From an uncultured virus (IMG/VR IMGVR_UViG_3300042891_000356) (Duplodnaviria; Heunggongvirae; Uroviricota; Caudoviricetes): a stretch of 64,000 nt of DNA. The notes beneath the pieces are model-generated. The model had not been told where the DNA came from. It ran no database searches and worked only from the letters and a program-made list of their open reading frames with translations. The stretch lies in IMG/VR virus record IMGVR_UViG_3300042891_000356; one strand, given 5' to 3'. This document shows, in pieces, positions 19,307 through 29,255 of the stretch (position 1 is its first letter; every line of letters begins with the position of its first letter). Both the position numbers and the translations under genes were made by a program.

Positions 19307-19633
19307 TTAAATCCACCAACTAAAAAACATTATATACATTAGTTTGAGCCAACCCCATACTAGTTTTGCAAAAAACCAATTTAAGTTGTAATCAATTATA
19401 AAATAGATTGCCCATACTATAATACTCGCAGTAGTGTCTGAGCTAGCGGCTTCTTCGTGGGTGCATCCAGATGAATAAGACGAAGTATGAGTTTGTTGTG
19501 CGTCTGCTCGCTGGGCCGCTGCCTCTTTAGCTGAACGCCCAATAGCTTCAATTTGCCTACATGCTGGGCAAATATGAAATCTGTTTGATGGTAACGGAGC
19601 ATTACAGGTTAAACAATGATAAACTATTGACAT
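19307..19633 (-). CDS. zinc-ribbon membrane protein
   Basis: CLTC...CPAC plus C-terminal hydrophobic helices. Confidence 0.6.
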   Translation of the reverse strand: MSIVYHCLTCNAPLPSNRFHICPACRQIEAIGRSAKEAAAQRADAQQTHTSSYSSGCTHEEAASSDTTASIIVWAIYFIIDYNLNWFFAKLVWGWLKLMYIMFFSWWI

Positions 19634-19636
19634 ATT

Positions 19637-20659
19637 TTAATTATTAATTAAATGATACAATGTTACTGCTTGTGCAGGATAACTAGCCGTCATCCATTCT
19701 GCCATGTTGCTGGCATTGTCGCTTAGTTTAACTAGGTCATACTTGCCACAGAACTTTAAGAACTGCGCACCTACCATAGGACGATTAAGCACAGTTGCAT
19801 TAGCTTTGATAGTTTCTTCTATCATAAGTTTATACTCTTTAGGCTGTGCCGCTAAATCTACTAAGGTAACATTACGATTGTAGTCATCTAACACACGATG
19901 TTCATCACCGTTATGATCAGTCCAACGTTGTAGCATTAGGTTATTCCAAGCATACCCTTGTTTGTCTTTATCGCTGTAGGCTTCTTCCAAGCCAACTTTG
20001 TTCTTAGTGCCTTTAGTACGCACACCTGGATAAGCACTAAAGATATTATCTGTAGGATCACCACGCACACACTTTTCAAATAGGATAAACTTAGGATCTG
20101 GAATCTTTTTAGGTTCTTTAGTTTTCTTGTCTAGTACAAGTTTACCTTTCTTATCATAGATGCCAGTTAGCGTATGCAACTCATCAGCAATACCGTTATA
20201 TTGATTAACGTTTTCACTTAACAGTTGATAGAAGTCTGTGTCGCTACTAACAATAGTATGATGATCATGCGGATGTGTTTGTATCCAACCTGCTACTAAA
20301 TCATCTGCTTCTAAGTTGGCATGCTGTAATACTGTACAGTTAGTCTTTTCAGCTAAGAATGTTTTCATAGCATCAAAAGCGTCCCAGAACATTTGTTCTT
20401 CTTCTTGTTCTGCTTCTGTCTTAGCCGCACGTGCTACTGCTCGATTAGCTTTATACGGAGTATAAAAGTCTTTGCGCCAGCTACGTCCTTCTAAACAGAC
20501 AATAACGTGATCTGCCTTTTGATCACGCCATGCTTTGTTGATACTGGCTAGGGTAACATGAATGGCAAAGCCCAACTTATCCCATGTGTCTGCTTGACGA
20601 TGGGCACTGTGTCGGGCTCTGAAGAATGTATTTGCTGCATCTACTATTAAGTATCTCAT
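19637..20659 (-). CDS. rnh: T4 RNase H-like 5'-3' exonuclease / flap endonuclease
   Basis: LIVD, SWRK, YKANR, EADD, SSDTDF, GDPTDNI. Confidence 0.9.
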   Translation of the reverse strand: MRYLIVDAANTFFRARHSAHRQADTWDKLGFAIHVTLASINKAWRDQKADHVIVCLEGRSWRKDFYTPYKANRAVARAAKTEAEQEEEQMFWDAFDAMKTFLAEKTNCTVLQHANLEADDLVAGWIQTHPHDHHTIVSSDTDFYQLLSENVNQYNGIADELHTLTGIYDKKGKLVLDKKTKEPKKIPDPKFILFEKCVRGDPTDNIFSAYPGVRTKGTKNKVGLEEAYSDKDKQGYAWNNLMLQRWTDHNGDEHRVLDDYNRNVTLVDLAAQPKEYKLMIEETIKANATVLNRPMVGAQFLKFCGKYDLVKLSDNASNMAEWMTASYPAQAVTLYHLINN

Positions 20660-20665
20660 GTAAAC

Positions 20666-20694
20666 ATTATACTTTCATTTGGTGTTGTTGTCAA
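20666..20694 (-). promoter_or_regulatory. sigma70 promoter of rnh (leaderless geometry)
   Basis: TTGACA-N17-TATAAT, then 6 nt to ATG. Confidence 0.8.
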
Positions 20695-21131
20695 GATATT
20701 TCTGTCCTGCCATTGCCTAAATCACGTCGATTACTACGTTTTTCGGGATCAGCTTGGTCCTGTTCGTATGTTTCGGTAACTACGTTACGACATACTGTTT
20801 TAAACCAGTTATCCACAATGTCTTGATCTGTTTTACCTTGATAGCCCGCACGAACTAATTTAGCAACAAATATGTCATTCCAATCAAGTTCAAACGCACC
20901 CTGCCCTGGATCCGTTTCATCTACTTCCATATTAATGATTTCTACCCAAGGCTCACCTTTTGCAGTAGCTTCTTCTTTAGCCGATGTTACTTTAACTTTG
21001 GCTTTGGCTTTTTCCGCTTTGGCTTCTGCACGTTTAGCCTTAGCTTCTTGTGCGGCCAATGCCTTAGCTTCGGCTTCTGCCGCTAATTCTGCTTTGTTTA
21101 ATCCCAACGATGTTTTAATTTTCTTCCACAT
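20691..21131 (-). CDS. conserved phage hypothetical protein
   Basis: Probable start MWKKIK at 21131; GEPWV, FELDWN motifs. Confidence 0.7.
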   Translation of the reverse strand: MWKKIKTSLGLNKAELAAEAEAKALAAQEAKAKRAEAKAEKAKAKVKVTSAKEEATAKGEPWVEIINMEVDETDPGQGAFELDWNDIFVAKLVRAGYQGKTDQDIVDNWFKTVCRNVVTETYEQDQADPEKRSNRRDLGNGRTEIS

Positions 21132-21132
21132 A

Positions 21133-22002
21133 TTATTTCCCCCAACTGTTACCCCAAAGATCAACATGCAATCTTGGGCTGTAATAATAACCTCTAAGCA
21201 TTGCTTCGTCTGCTACGTTAAATTTGTTGCCGTTGTAAACACTAACAACACCACCAACAGGCATAATATAAACTACACCTGTAAAGCCTGCAGCTCTATA
21301 CGCTTGTACTGCGCGATCTACTTCATCAAAGTCACTGGGTTTTTCTACTACAAACTTAAGATACACAGTACCAAACTCTTGATAGCTAACTACAATATCT
21401 GGTTTAATAGCATCTTCCCAACGCTCGCCACTGGCACTTAGTTTAGCACTGACACTAAATGTAACTTCGCGATAACCTAGACTGTCCTTACCAAACTGCC
21501 ATACATCTAATACATGACCAAAATCCTCACTTAATTCTTGAGTACCGTTTGTTTCAAATGTAATATTCTTTAGGTCTTGCATACGTTCATGTTTGAACAG
21601 TTCACCATAACTACGTTGCCATCCTAACAATGGCTCACCGCCTGTAATAACCAAATGCACATCGTTGCCATTGGCCTGTTGCCACTTATTGTTAGGAGTT
21701 AGTGCTAGCATACGCTCAACTACCTCACTAGTATCTAATGTAGGACTAAGATGTTTGAACTTAGGATGCCAACTAGCATAGCTATCGCAACCAGTGTTGA
21801 CTAGCGGAAGTTCTTCGTAGGTTTTATATAATTGTACAGTTTTAGCAACTTCATCTGCTTCTGCACTAGCAGTTCCTCTAGGCATACCAAAACCACTACA
21901 GGTGAAGTTACAGCCAAATGTACGTAAGAAAACTGAAGGAACTCCTACGAAGCGTCCTTCACCTTGCGCACTATAAAATATCTCACTAACTTTTAGTTTC
22001 AT
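21133..22002 (-). CDS. queE: 7-carboxy-7-deazaguanine synthase QueE (radical SAM)
   Basis: EIFYSAQGEG, VFLRTFGCNFTC...GCDS, VITGGEP, ETNGT, SAKL, RLHV. Confidence 0.9.
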   Translation of the reverse strand: MKLKVSEIFYSAQGEGRFVGVPSVFLRTFGCNFTCSGFGMPRGTASAEADEVAKTVQLYKTYEELPLVNTGCDSYASWHPKFKHLSPTLDTSEVVERMLALTPNNKWQQANGNDVHLVITGGEPLLGWQRSYGELFKHERMQDLKNITFETNGTQELSEDFGHVLDVWQFGKDSLGYREVTFSVSAKLSASGERWEDAIKPDIVVSYQEFGTVYLKFVVEKPSDFDEVDRAVQAYRAAGFTGVVYIMPVGGVVSVYNGNKFNVADEAMLRGYYYSPRLHVDLWGNSWGK

Positions 22003-22008
22003 AATAAC

Positions 22009-22494
22009 CTATCTTTCCCATGGGTAAACGATCCATACATCTTTTTCTGCTTTGTTAATTTCTTTAGCTGAGTAGTCTACTTTACGACTAAAGCTACTGC
22101 TTAAATTATCAATTAATACAGCTATTTTAACATTATTTCCCCAAACATGCAACCAGTGTGCGTCAGATGGATGGCAACTACTTTGCCAATCATTGATAAT
22201 CCAATCTAATGTAGCACCAGTATCATTAATGTCATCTAAAATAAGAATGTTTTTGCCATTATATGCATCTTCGGCCATCCAGCAATTACTTTCAGTATCT
22301 GCATTATCACGCAAACTTACTTTTAACGTTTCCATTGGAACATTAAGATAATGACTTAGATACACTGCTGGAATTAATCCGCCACGTGTTAATCCAACAA
22401 TATAATCAGGCTTCCAATTCTCGCGGTGCATTTGCATAGTAATATCACTGATCATTTCTTTAATGTGTAGTTCATCGTAATATATTTTTTCCAT
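22009..22494 (-). CDS. purine phosphoribosyltransferase (Gpt/XPRT-like)
   Basis: GLTRGGLIPA, PRPP-binding ILILDDINDTGAT, WIVYPWE. Confidence 0.88.
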   Translation of the reverse strand: MEKIYYDELHIKEMISDITMQMHRENWKPDYIVGLTRGGLIPAVYLSHYLNVPMETLKVSLRDNADTESNCWMAEDAYNGKNILILDDINDTGATLDWIINDWQSSCHPSDAHWLHVWGNNVKIAVLIDNLSSSFSRKVDYSAKEINKAEKDVWIVYPWER

Positions 22495-22509
22495 CTTTAA
22501 TCCTTTATT

Positions 22510-23751
22510 TTATTGTATCCACGGAAATAATTCTTTCCAATTAGTATTGCGTCGACGATCTATTTCATTAAGAAATAGTTTAAGATTTTCTATTTCTTGC
22601 GTATCAGCAGAACTAGCTAATACATGAGTTTGTATACCTTTCATGTATTTTTTTGCTTCTTGCTCGCGATGGGTAGTATCATTCATCAATGATAATATAA
22701 TTTCAAAATCTTCCTTAAATATTTCATTACCAAAGATAGTTGGTTTTAAGTAAAGAGGACCTGGTGCAACTTCACTAAAATAATGTCCAACAGCACGTGT
22801 TTCCTTCCATTCTTTTAATTTAAGCAATAATTTTGGCATAGTCTTTATAGTTAATGAACTAATAGTTTGATTAATATTTAAAACTATCCAAGATTGAGAT
22901 AATAGATAATTAAAATTAGTTTCCCATTTAACTAAATCTATTCCATAACGAACGAATTCTTGTTCTTTGCCCCAACAATCAATACTACATGTAATATCTA
23001 ATCTACGAATTTTTTTAGTTGCAACTAAGTTCTTTATTCGATTAACGTATGCTGTTAATTTAGGTAACGATATCATTAGATTGGTTACTATGTTAAATTC
23101 TAACTGTGGGTGCGCATTATTTTCAAAATAAGTTAAGAGATCATCAAATTCCTTTTGATAAAATGGTTCTCCTCCCATTACGTGTATACGAGATAACGAA
23201 GCTGAATTTTTATTCATCCATTGCCAAAATGCTGTAACATATTTAGACTGTTGGTCACCTGATATGATATTAAATGTAGGAAAATTACTAATATTAATAT
23301 TATCGGTAGACTCATTGAATTTAATATTTTCAAAATTTAATTTTGAACTGTATAATCCACTGCAATACACACAACTTAAATTACATGTATTATTTAAATA
23401 TATCTCAAGAAGTTTAGGAGTAACGCGAGTTGCAGTTAGGTCTGTTTCTAATTCGGTTGGAACTAAATTAGGAATAGCCATGTGCATCATGCGATCACTT
23501 GAACCACCTGCATCTTCAATTTGTTTACAGTATTCGCAACCTCCACCGGGCCATTCTCCGTCTAACATTTTATTTCGATCAGAAATCTTTAAAGGAGTAT
23601 TGTGGAAATCATCAAAGTCTTCTAAATTTAATTTAGAATGACCTGCTCTGTGACACGAACTAGTTTCACCACTGTATAAAAATATAGTAGACCAAGTCCA
23701 TTTTAGCTGGCACGAAGTTGCTGTTTTTATCGGAAAATACTTATTACTCAT
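22510..23751 (-). CDS. twitch-domain radical SAM protein
   Basis: N-terminal C..W...SCH...CEYC, CNLSCVYC, GGEPF, SID, RYG. Confidence 0.85.
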   Translation of the reverse strand: MSNKYFPIKTATSCQLKWTWSTIFLYSGETSSCHRAGHSKLNLEDFDDFHNTPLKISDRNKMLDGEWPGGGCEYCKQIEDAGGSSDRMMHMAIPNLVPTELETDLTATRVTPKLLEIYLNNTCNLSCVYCSGLYSSKLNFENIKFNESTDNINISNFPTFNIISGDQQSKYVTAFWQWMNKNSASLSRIHVMGGEPFYQKEFDDLLTYFENNAHPQLEFNIVTNLMISLPKLTAYVNRIKNLVATKKIRRLDITCSIDCWGKEQEFVRYGIDLVKWETNFNYLLSQSWIVLNINQTISSLTIKTMPKLLLKLKEWKETRAVGHYFSEVAPGPLYLKPTIFGNEIFKEDFEIILSLMNDTTHREQEAKKYMKGIQTHVLASSADTQEIENLKLFLNEIDRRRNTNWKELFPWIQ

Positions 23752-23812
23752 TTACCGCAGGTATTCCATAGTAACAATCTTACCCAATGGTTTGGTTAGA
23801 TCTGCGTTATTG

Positions 23813-24115
23813 TTAATAAGCATAACTTTTTTGTTCCTTCATATTATGTGAAACTACATACTTACTAAATTTCATAAGAAATATCAGTGCAATATCTGCA
23901 TCTTCGCCTAAAAATCTTATAAGATACTGACCCGAATCATTTTGCATTCTGTGGCTAGCCCGCCCACCGCCATATGCTACGATTGGTATAGATACTTCTT
24001 GACCACGCATATTATACCACGAGTCTTTGTTGACTCGCCCGCCAACTTCAAAATACCATTGTATTATTTCTTCAGTGATGTTTGATGCAACAATGGTAAT
24101 TTCGGGTTTGCTCAT
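23813..24115 (-). CDS. hypothetical protein
   Basis: 100-aa ORF. Confidence 0.6.
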   Translation of the reverse strand: MSKPEITIVASNITEEIIQWYFEVGGRVNKDSWYNMRGQEVSIPIVAYGGGRASHRMQNDSGQYLIRFLGEDADIALIFLMKFSKYVVSHNMKEQKSYAY

Positions 24116-24453
24116 TAGCGCATATACTCCATAGTAACAATTTTACTTAAACTTTCTGCCATATCTGCGTTCTCGTCAATGACATAACGTCTAATGCTTT
24201 CGTTATCTTTCTTGTCATCGTAGCGTGATGTTTCTACAATCTTACCACCATTAGCACCGTAGATTTTAAATGTAATAACACTGTCATCATCATAGTTATG
24301 ATCTACTCTACGTGTACCATTACTTATAGGCCCTCCTTTACCAAGGCGCCCTCGAGCTCGTTTAGGCTCATCCCAACCATCGACACATATAAGCTCATCA
24401 CGCTCACGAGCACGATTATAACAACGTTGTATAAAACTATCTAACCATTTCAT
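24115..24453 (-). CDS. hypothetical protein
   Basis: Probable start MKWL at 24453; ANGGKIVE motif. Confidence 0.6.
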   Translation of the reverse strand: MKWLDSFIQRCYNRARERDELICVDGWDEPKRARGRLGKGGPISNGTRRVDHNYDDDSVITFKIYGANGGKIVETSRYDDKKDNESIRRYVIDENADMAESLSKIVTMEYMR

Positions 24454-24910
24454 TGGAAATTCCTTTATACTCATTATATTTTGCTTCGTTGTACGCATAT
24501 ATTTCTGCTAACAATCCTTTGAGGATGGCAGACTTGTGCCATTCTCTATCGCGTTTATCATAGGTATCCTTGTACTTTTTGTACACCGGATCACTCAGCG
24601 ACGCATATTTCTTATTTTGAAGTTGCTGATATAACTCAACAATCACACTATCTTCATAATCTAAAATTTCTTTTGGCGCACGTAACTCAGCTAACCTAGA
24701 TTTTCTTCTAAGTTTTTCTTCGTATTTTTTGTTTAATTCATCACGAGTCAATTGGGGAGGTTCTGCATGATCACCCATAAAGATTTTATACGCTTCGTCT
24801 AATATAACATCACCTCGTTCAGACAACTCGTCGTAGAGTGCTTCATTTTCTTCATATAGTTTATAGTCAACGCTGTTAGGGCCAACCCCTAAATGTGTCA
24901 ATGGTCTCAT
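24437..24910 (-). CDS. hypothetical protein
   Basis: 157-aa ORF coupled to folE (ATGA). Confidence 0.6.
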   Translation of the reverse strand: MRPLTHLGVGPNSVDYKLYEENEALYDELSERGDVILDEAYKIFMGDHAEPPQLTRDELNKKYEEKLRRKSRLAELRAPKEILDYEDSVIVELYQQLQNKKYASLSDPVYKKYKDTYDKRDREWHKSAILKGLLAEIYAYNEAKYNEYKGISNEMVR

Positions 24911-25602
24911 CGTGGCGCAAACTCCTGTTGTAGTTTAATGTTATCAAAGAACTCTTTCTTAGTATCCGGGTCATTTTTAAATGCACCTTCTAAGACTGTA
25001 GTTTGAGTCAATGAACTATGTGCCATGATACCACGATTCTCACAGCAACCGTGCGTGGCCTGTATATAAACAGCAACATCTTTACTACCAGTTGCTTTCA
25101 TAATTTCTCTAGTGATGTCATTGCACAGTTCTTCTTGTAAGGTACCACGTGTAGCACACCATTGCGCAATACGTGTATACTTACTTAGACCAATTAGTTT
25201 CTGTGCAGCAATAATACCAATATAAGCTACACCTTTAACTGGCTGATGGTGATGACTACACATACTGCGTAGTTCACTACGTACCACTAACATACCTTCA
25301 TAGCGATCTGTGCTGTCATTAGGAAAAGCAGTAGCATCTGGTGCTGGATCATAACGACCTGCCATAATCTCATGATAGTACATCTTAGCAAGTCTGCGTG
25401 CTGTACCATGGCTATTAGGATCGTTTTCGCGATCAATCAGCAATGTATCTAGCACTGCTTCAAATGCTTCAGTTGCTTCGTCGATTAACAGTTCTTTGTT
25501 TTCTTCTGTGATGTATTCTGAGATGTTATCGCCTGCCCAGAATCTTTTGTTGTTGCTTTTTAGATTGTTGCGAATATGTTCGCTTACTTTGTATTTTGAC
25601 AT
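24907..25602 (-). CDS. folE: GTP cyclohydrolase I
   Basis: TARRLAKM, SMCSHHH, IGLSK, LQEEL, HGCCENRG; start MSKY at 25602 with GGAG RBS. Confidence 0.95.
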   Translation of the reverse strand: MSKYKVSEHIRNNLKSNNKRFWAGDNISEYITEENKELLIDEATEAFEAVLDTLLIDRENDPNSHGTARRLAKMYYHEIMAGRYDPAPDATAFPNDSTDRYEGMLVVRSELRSMCSHHHQPVKGVAYIGIIAAQKLIGLSKYTRIAQWCATRGTLQEELCNDITREIMKATGSKDVAVYIQATHGCCENRGIMAHSSLTQTTVLEGAFKNDPDTKKEFFDNIKLQQEFAPR

Positions 25603-25636
25603 AAAGTCTCCGATGTTAAGCCAGTGGATTGGCAAT

Positions 25637-25675
25637 TGATAAGTTAGTATAACATGATTATTTAGGCTGTGTCAA
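25637..25675 (-). repeat. copy 1 of a duplicated promoter element (upstream of folE)
   Basis: TTGACA-N18-TATACT containing CCTAAATA; 23-bp core 25644-25666 is identical to 29263-29285. Confidence 0.85.
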
Positions 25676-27486
25676 ACATATTTAAATATATTTTTTAGCC
25701 CGCCACGTCTTCTTGCATAAAAGAAATCAAAATGTTTATTCATTTTGTTTTTTGTTTCAATTGAATATTTGGTATTGGTTCTAGTCCAATCGGTGAGATT
25801 CAACGGAACTTCGATAATAATTGGCATCACCGCAGTATGATCGTATACAAAATGTTGTTGTAACGGATTAATGACATCAAGCTCGTCACTAAACTTACTA
25901 AAACATTCGGCACCTAATTTCATAACTAGTTCTTTATTATCATACATAAGTTTAGCACTTTTGGACACTAAGCCATGTCCGTGCGCCTTGCTAGTATCAG
26001 TTATAACTGACATATCAAATACACCTGTAGTTAGGTATATTGTCAGCAGTTGTTTATATTCTTTATAGTGTTGCCCAATTACATCATCTTGCTTAATTAT
26101 AGTAACTAATGTATCGTAGAATTGTCTATAGGAAATATCCAGCACATTTCTACAGAATTTAGCATATAATTGCGTATAACCTGCAATATGAAAATTAATT
26201 ATGATCCAAGAGTACATATATGCTTCGATGATATCATCAGTAGTCATAGTACTAGTTTGATTAATTAATAAAATATCTTCTTTAATATCTTGATAGTCGT
26301 CCGGGTTGCTAAAGCTCAAATAGTCGTAGGCTACTACAGTTTTAATTTTATATTGCATTCTACTTTCGAACGTAGCAAGTGCAGAATTTTCTAACAATTG
26401 GCAAAAGTAAATATCGATAGCATCGTGCTGACCCATTTCTAATATCTTACACATACCATCACGCCAAGTTTCTAATGTTTCTTCAGGTAAGCCTAAAATC
26501 GCTTCGGTATAAGTACCAATTTGATATTTTTGCCCTAGCTCTAACATTTTACTAATGTCGTTGACGTCCATGTTTTTACGTTCAATGATTTCTAAAGTTT
26601 TGTCATTCATGCTTTGTACAGATACAGTGATGCCTCTGTGCAAGTGTCCAAGTTCTCTAGCAATTTCAAATATAACTTCAGTTGAGTTTTTAGCATATTG
26701 TAGATTTACACTTTCTACCATACCTATATCGGCACAACGTTTAATCATACGTGCTATTTCTAAATCACGTTCTTTAAACATACCAAAGTTAGCATCAGCA
26801 CAGAAAATAAATGCTACTGGGTTAGCCGCTGCCCAATCTAATTCAAATTGAACGTGTTCTAAGCTAAAGCGTTTGACTTTACTATAGGTAGTGCCGCCCC
26901 AATCACAGAACGTGCAAGCATAAGGACAACCACGATTAGTTTCTAATACCATGCTCCAAATTGCATCGGGGTTATTTTTAATAATAGTATCAAACACACC
27001 CGTAGTATATGGACTAGGTATATCTAAATCTTGTAGTCTACTCTTTAAAAACAATTCCGGAACAGGTTTGTTGTCCTTAATAGCTTTGAGTAATTTTAAG
27101 AATGATTCTTCGCCCTCAGCCAGTACTACACTATCAACATAGTCTAGTTTGGTCATCGAAGTGCTAGCTTGCGGCCCACCAATGACAATAACACAATCAG
27201 GCCAACGCTGCTTAATCTCTTTTGCTAGAATCATGCAGTATTTTTGATTCCATACGTATATACTGAATCCACAAATACTAGGATTATCCAATGAATCGAG
27301 TAATTCTTTGGGGTCTTGACGTTTGAAGATTAAGTCTTTGAGAGTAAAATTTTCATTGACCCAATCAAACTGTTGAGCGTAACTCCAGATGCAACCTACT
27401 GAATAAGGTAACCAGTAATTAGTTTCGTCTCGAACATCCACAGCAAATTGCGGTTGGAATAGATATACATTATGTCGCATAAGCAA
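25672..27486 (-). CDS. cobalamin-binding radical SAM protein
   Basis: B12-binding N-domain (GFSIYVWN, IGGP, EGE), RGCPYACTFC, DANFG, ILGLPEET. Confidence 0.9.
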   Translation of the reverse strand: MLMRHNVYLFQPQFAVDVRDETNYWLPYSVGCIWSYAQQFDWVNENFTLKDLIFKRQDPKELLDSLDNPSICGFSIYVWNQKYCMILAKEIKQRWPDCVIVIGGPQASTSMTKLDYVDSVVLAEGEESFLKLLKAIKDNKPVPELFLKSRLQDLDIPSPYTTGVFDTIIKNNPDAIWSMVLETNRGCPYACTFCDWGGTTYSKVKRFSLEHVQFELDWAAANPVAFIFCADANFGMFKERDLEIARMIKRCADIGMVESVNLQYAKNSTEVIFEIARELGHLHRGITVSVQSMNDKTLEIIERKNMDVNDISKMLELGQKYQIGTYTEAILGLPEETLETWRDGMCKILEMGQHDAIDIYFCQLLENSALATFESRMQYKIKTVVAYDYLSFSNPDDYQDIKEDILLINQTSTMTTDDIIEAYMYSWIIINFHIAGYTQLYAKFCRNVLDISYRQFYDTLVTIIKQDDVIGQHYKEYKQLLTIYLTTGVFDMSVITDTSKAHGHGLVSKSAKLMYDNKELVMKLGAECFSKFSDELDVINPLQQHFVYDHTAVMPIIIEVPLNLTDWTRTNTKYSIETKNKMNKHFDFFYARRRGGLKNIFKYV

Positions 27487-27489
27487 TAT

Positions 27490-28443
27490 TTATTGTAGAT
27501 GTTGAACACACTGATTAATACTATAATCAACATTCTTAAATTCGTAGTTTCCAATTATAGTACGTAGTTTATCTATGCTAGGAACTCTGACTAATACATC
27601 ATTATCGTAGTTCTTAACTGTGGTGTATTCCAATGGAGTTGTTGGTTTGGTTGTTTGATATATTTTCTCTGCTAACTGTTTCATCGAAATAGGTTCTACA
27701 TTACAGATGTTATATGTTTGGTTTAGTGTAACATCACTAAGGCTATGCTCTGCAATAATAGTAGCGATATCATCTATCCAAGTAAAACAACGTATCTGTT
27801 CACCGTCACCGATGATAGGCAAATGATTAACACGATCAATAATAAGATGTTTAACGAAGTCTGCAAACACGTGGCTAAAACCTTGTTCGCTCATATGACG
27901 TTCGTGTGGTGTAATGATATTAAATGGTCGCCAGATGGTGTAGTTGATACCATATTGTTTACGGAATGCTTCACACATACGTTCACCAATTAACTTACTA
28001 ACACCGTAGTCAGTTTTAGGCAAAATGCAGTTGTTAACTAGTTCCTCTGTTACCGGATGAGTGAGATCTTGTACACATGTTTCGTATACCATACTTGAAC
28101 TAATATAGACTACACGTTTGACACCATGCAGGGCACAGCTTTTTAAGATATTTCCCTGAATTGCAGTGTCATCTGCAATAATATCAGCACAGTAATGATT
28201 GAAACCACCTACGCCGTAGATCTTTGCGGCAGCTAGGAATACAATATCATACCCCTTACATAGATCTAAATTTCGCTCACTAAGGTCAAGTTGCAGTAAT
28301 TTATAATCTTTATTAGCACGTTCACTAGCATGTCCGTATCTATATAAATTGTCTACACCAACTACAGTGTGCCCCTGTGCTAATAATAATGGAATAACAG
28401 CCTGCATCAGACTGCCTTCGCTACCAGTAACTAATATCTTCAT
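27490..28443 (-). CDS. NAD-dependent nucleotide-sugar epimerase/dehydratase
   Basis: VTGSEGSL, SSSMVY, YGVSK, RPFN, RCFTWIDD. Confidence 0.88.
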   Translation of the reverse strand: MKILVTGSEGSLMQAVIPLLLAQGHTVVGVDNLYRYGHASERANKDYKLLQLDLSERNLDLCKGYDIVFLAAAKIYGVGGFNHYCADIIADDTAIQGNILKSCALHGVKRVVYISSSMVYETCVQDLTHPVTEELVNNCILPKTDYGVSKLIGERMCEAFRKQYGINYTIWRPFNIITPHERHMSEQGFSHVFADFVKHLIIDRVNHLPIIGDGEQIRCFTWIDDIATIIAEHSLSDVTLNQTYNICNVEPISMKQLAEKIYQTTKPTTPLEYTTVKNYDNDVLVRVPSIDKLRTIIGNYEFKNVDYSINQCVQHLQ

Positions 28444-29228
28444 TTTTTCTCGTTAATTAAGTGATGTTCGTTGTCGTCGATAATTGCTTGAAATATAGAC
28501 AAGTAGTCTAATTTTAAATCTTTTACTAATAAGGCAAACGCTCGACTGTCTTTAGGTAAACAATGCCCGCCAAATGCCTTTGTGTATGCACTACTCTGTA
28601 AGTAGTCTGGTTGAATGGTATCTCTATAAGTAACTGCCCTAAACACCTGTTGATAGTCGGCACCTAGTTTTTGACACACATCAAACATGCCATTAGCAAA
28701 CGTAATTCTCAACGCATTAAACACGTTGCTAAAATATTTAGAAATTTCGGCTTCTGTGGGTGTAACTTGAATTGTGTGTTTGGGTATGTATTTGTGGCAC
28801 TTGACTACTATATCAAACACACTTGTATCAGTAGTTCCAACTATTAATACATCGTGCAAATCAACAAAGTCTGTTAAGGCAGACTTTTCTCTTAAAAATT
28901 CAGGCACAAAACAAATACGTGCAGTTGGATATTGATTTATTAATTTTTCAGTCGTGCCTGGAATCACAGTGCTTTTTACAGCAATAATTCCTTGGTAGTT
29001 AGCATGAACTAATAGTTGTACTGTTGCGTTAACTATACTAACATCACACGAGCCATCTTCATTTTCGTTAGTGGGTACACAGATAAACACGATCTCAGTA
29101 TTTAATACATTGTCTACTGTGGTTTGTGAATGTTTGGTATCGTAGTAGCTTACTTCGTGACCAATAACACGAAATCCATCATAGATTGCTCCACCTACAA
29201 CACCCTTGCCAATTATTCCTATTTTCAT
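28440..29228 (-). CDS. UDP-glucose/GDP-mannose dehydrogenase (short phage type)
   Basis: GKGVVG, ICVPT, KSTVIPG, PEFLRE, KY..N, FGGHCLPKD. Confidence 0.9.
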   Translation of the reverse strand: MKIGIIGKGVVGGAIYDGFRVIGHEVSYYDTKHSQTTVDNVLNTEIVFICVPTNENEDGSCDVSIVNATVQLLVHANYQGIIAVKSTVIPGTTEKLINQYPTARICFVPEFLREKSALTDFVDLHDVLIVGTTDTSVFDIVVKCHKYIPKHTIQVTPTEAEISKYFSNVFNALRITFANGMFDVCQKLGADYQQVFRAVTYRDTIQPDYLQSSAYTKAFGGHCLPKDSRAFALLVKDLKLDYLSIFQAIIDDNEHHLINEKK

Positions 29229-29255
29229 ACTAGTGCAATCTCTTAGATTAGTAAC

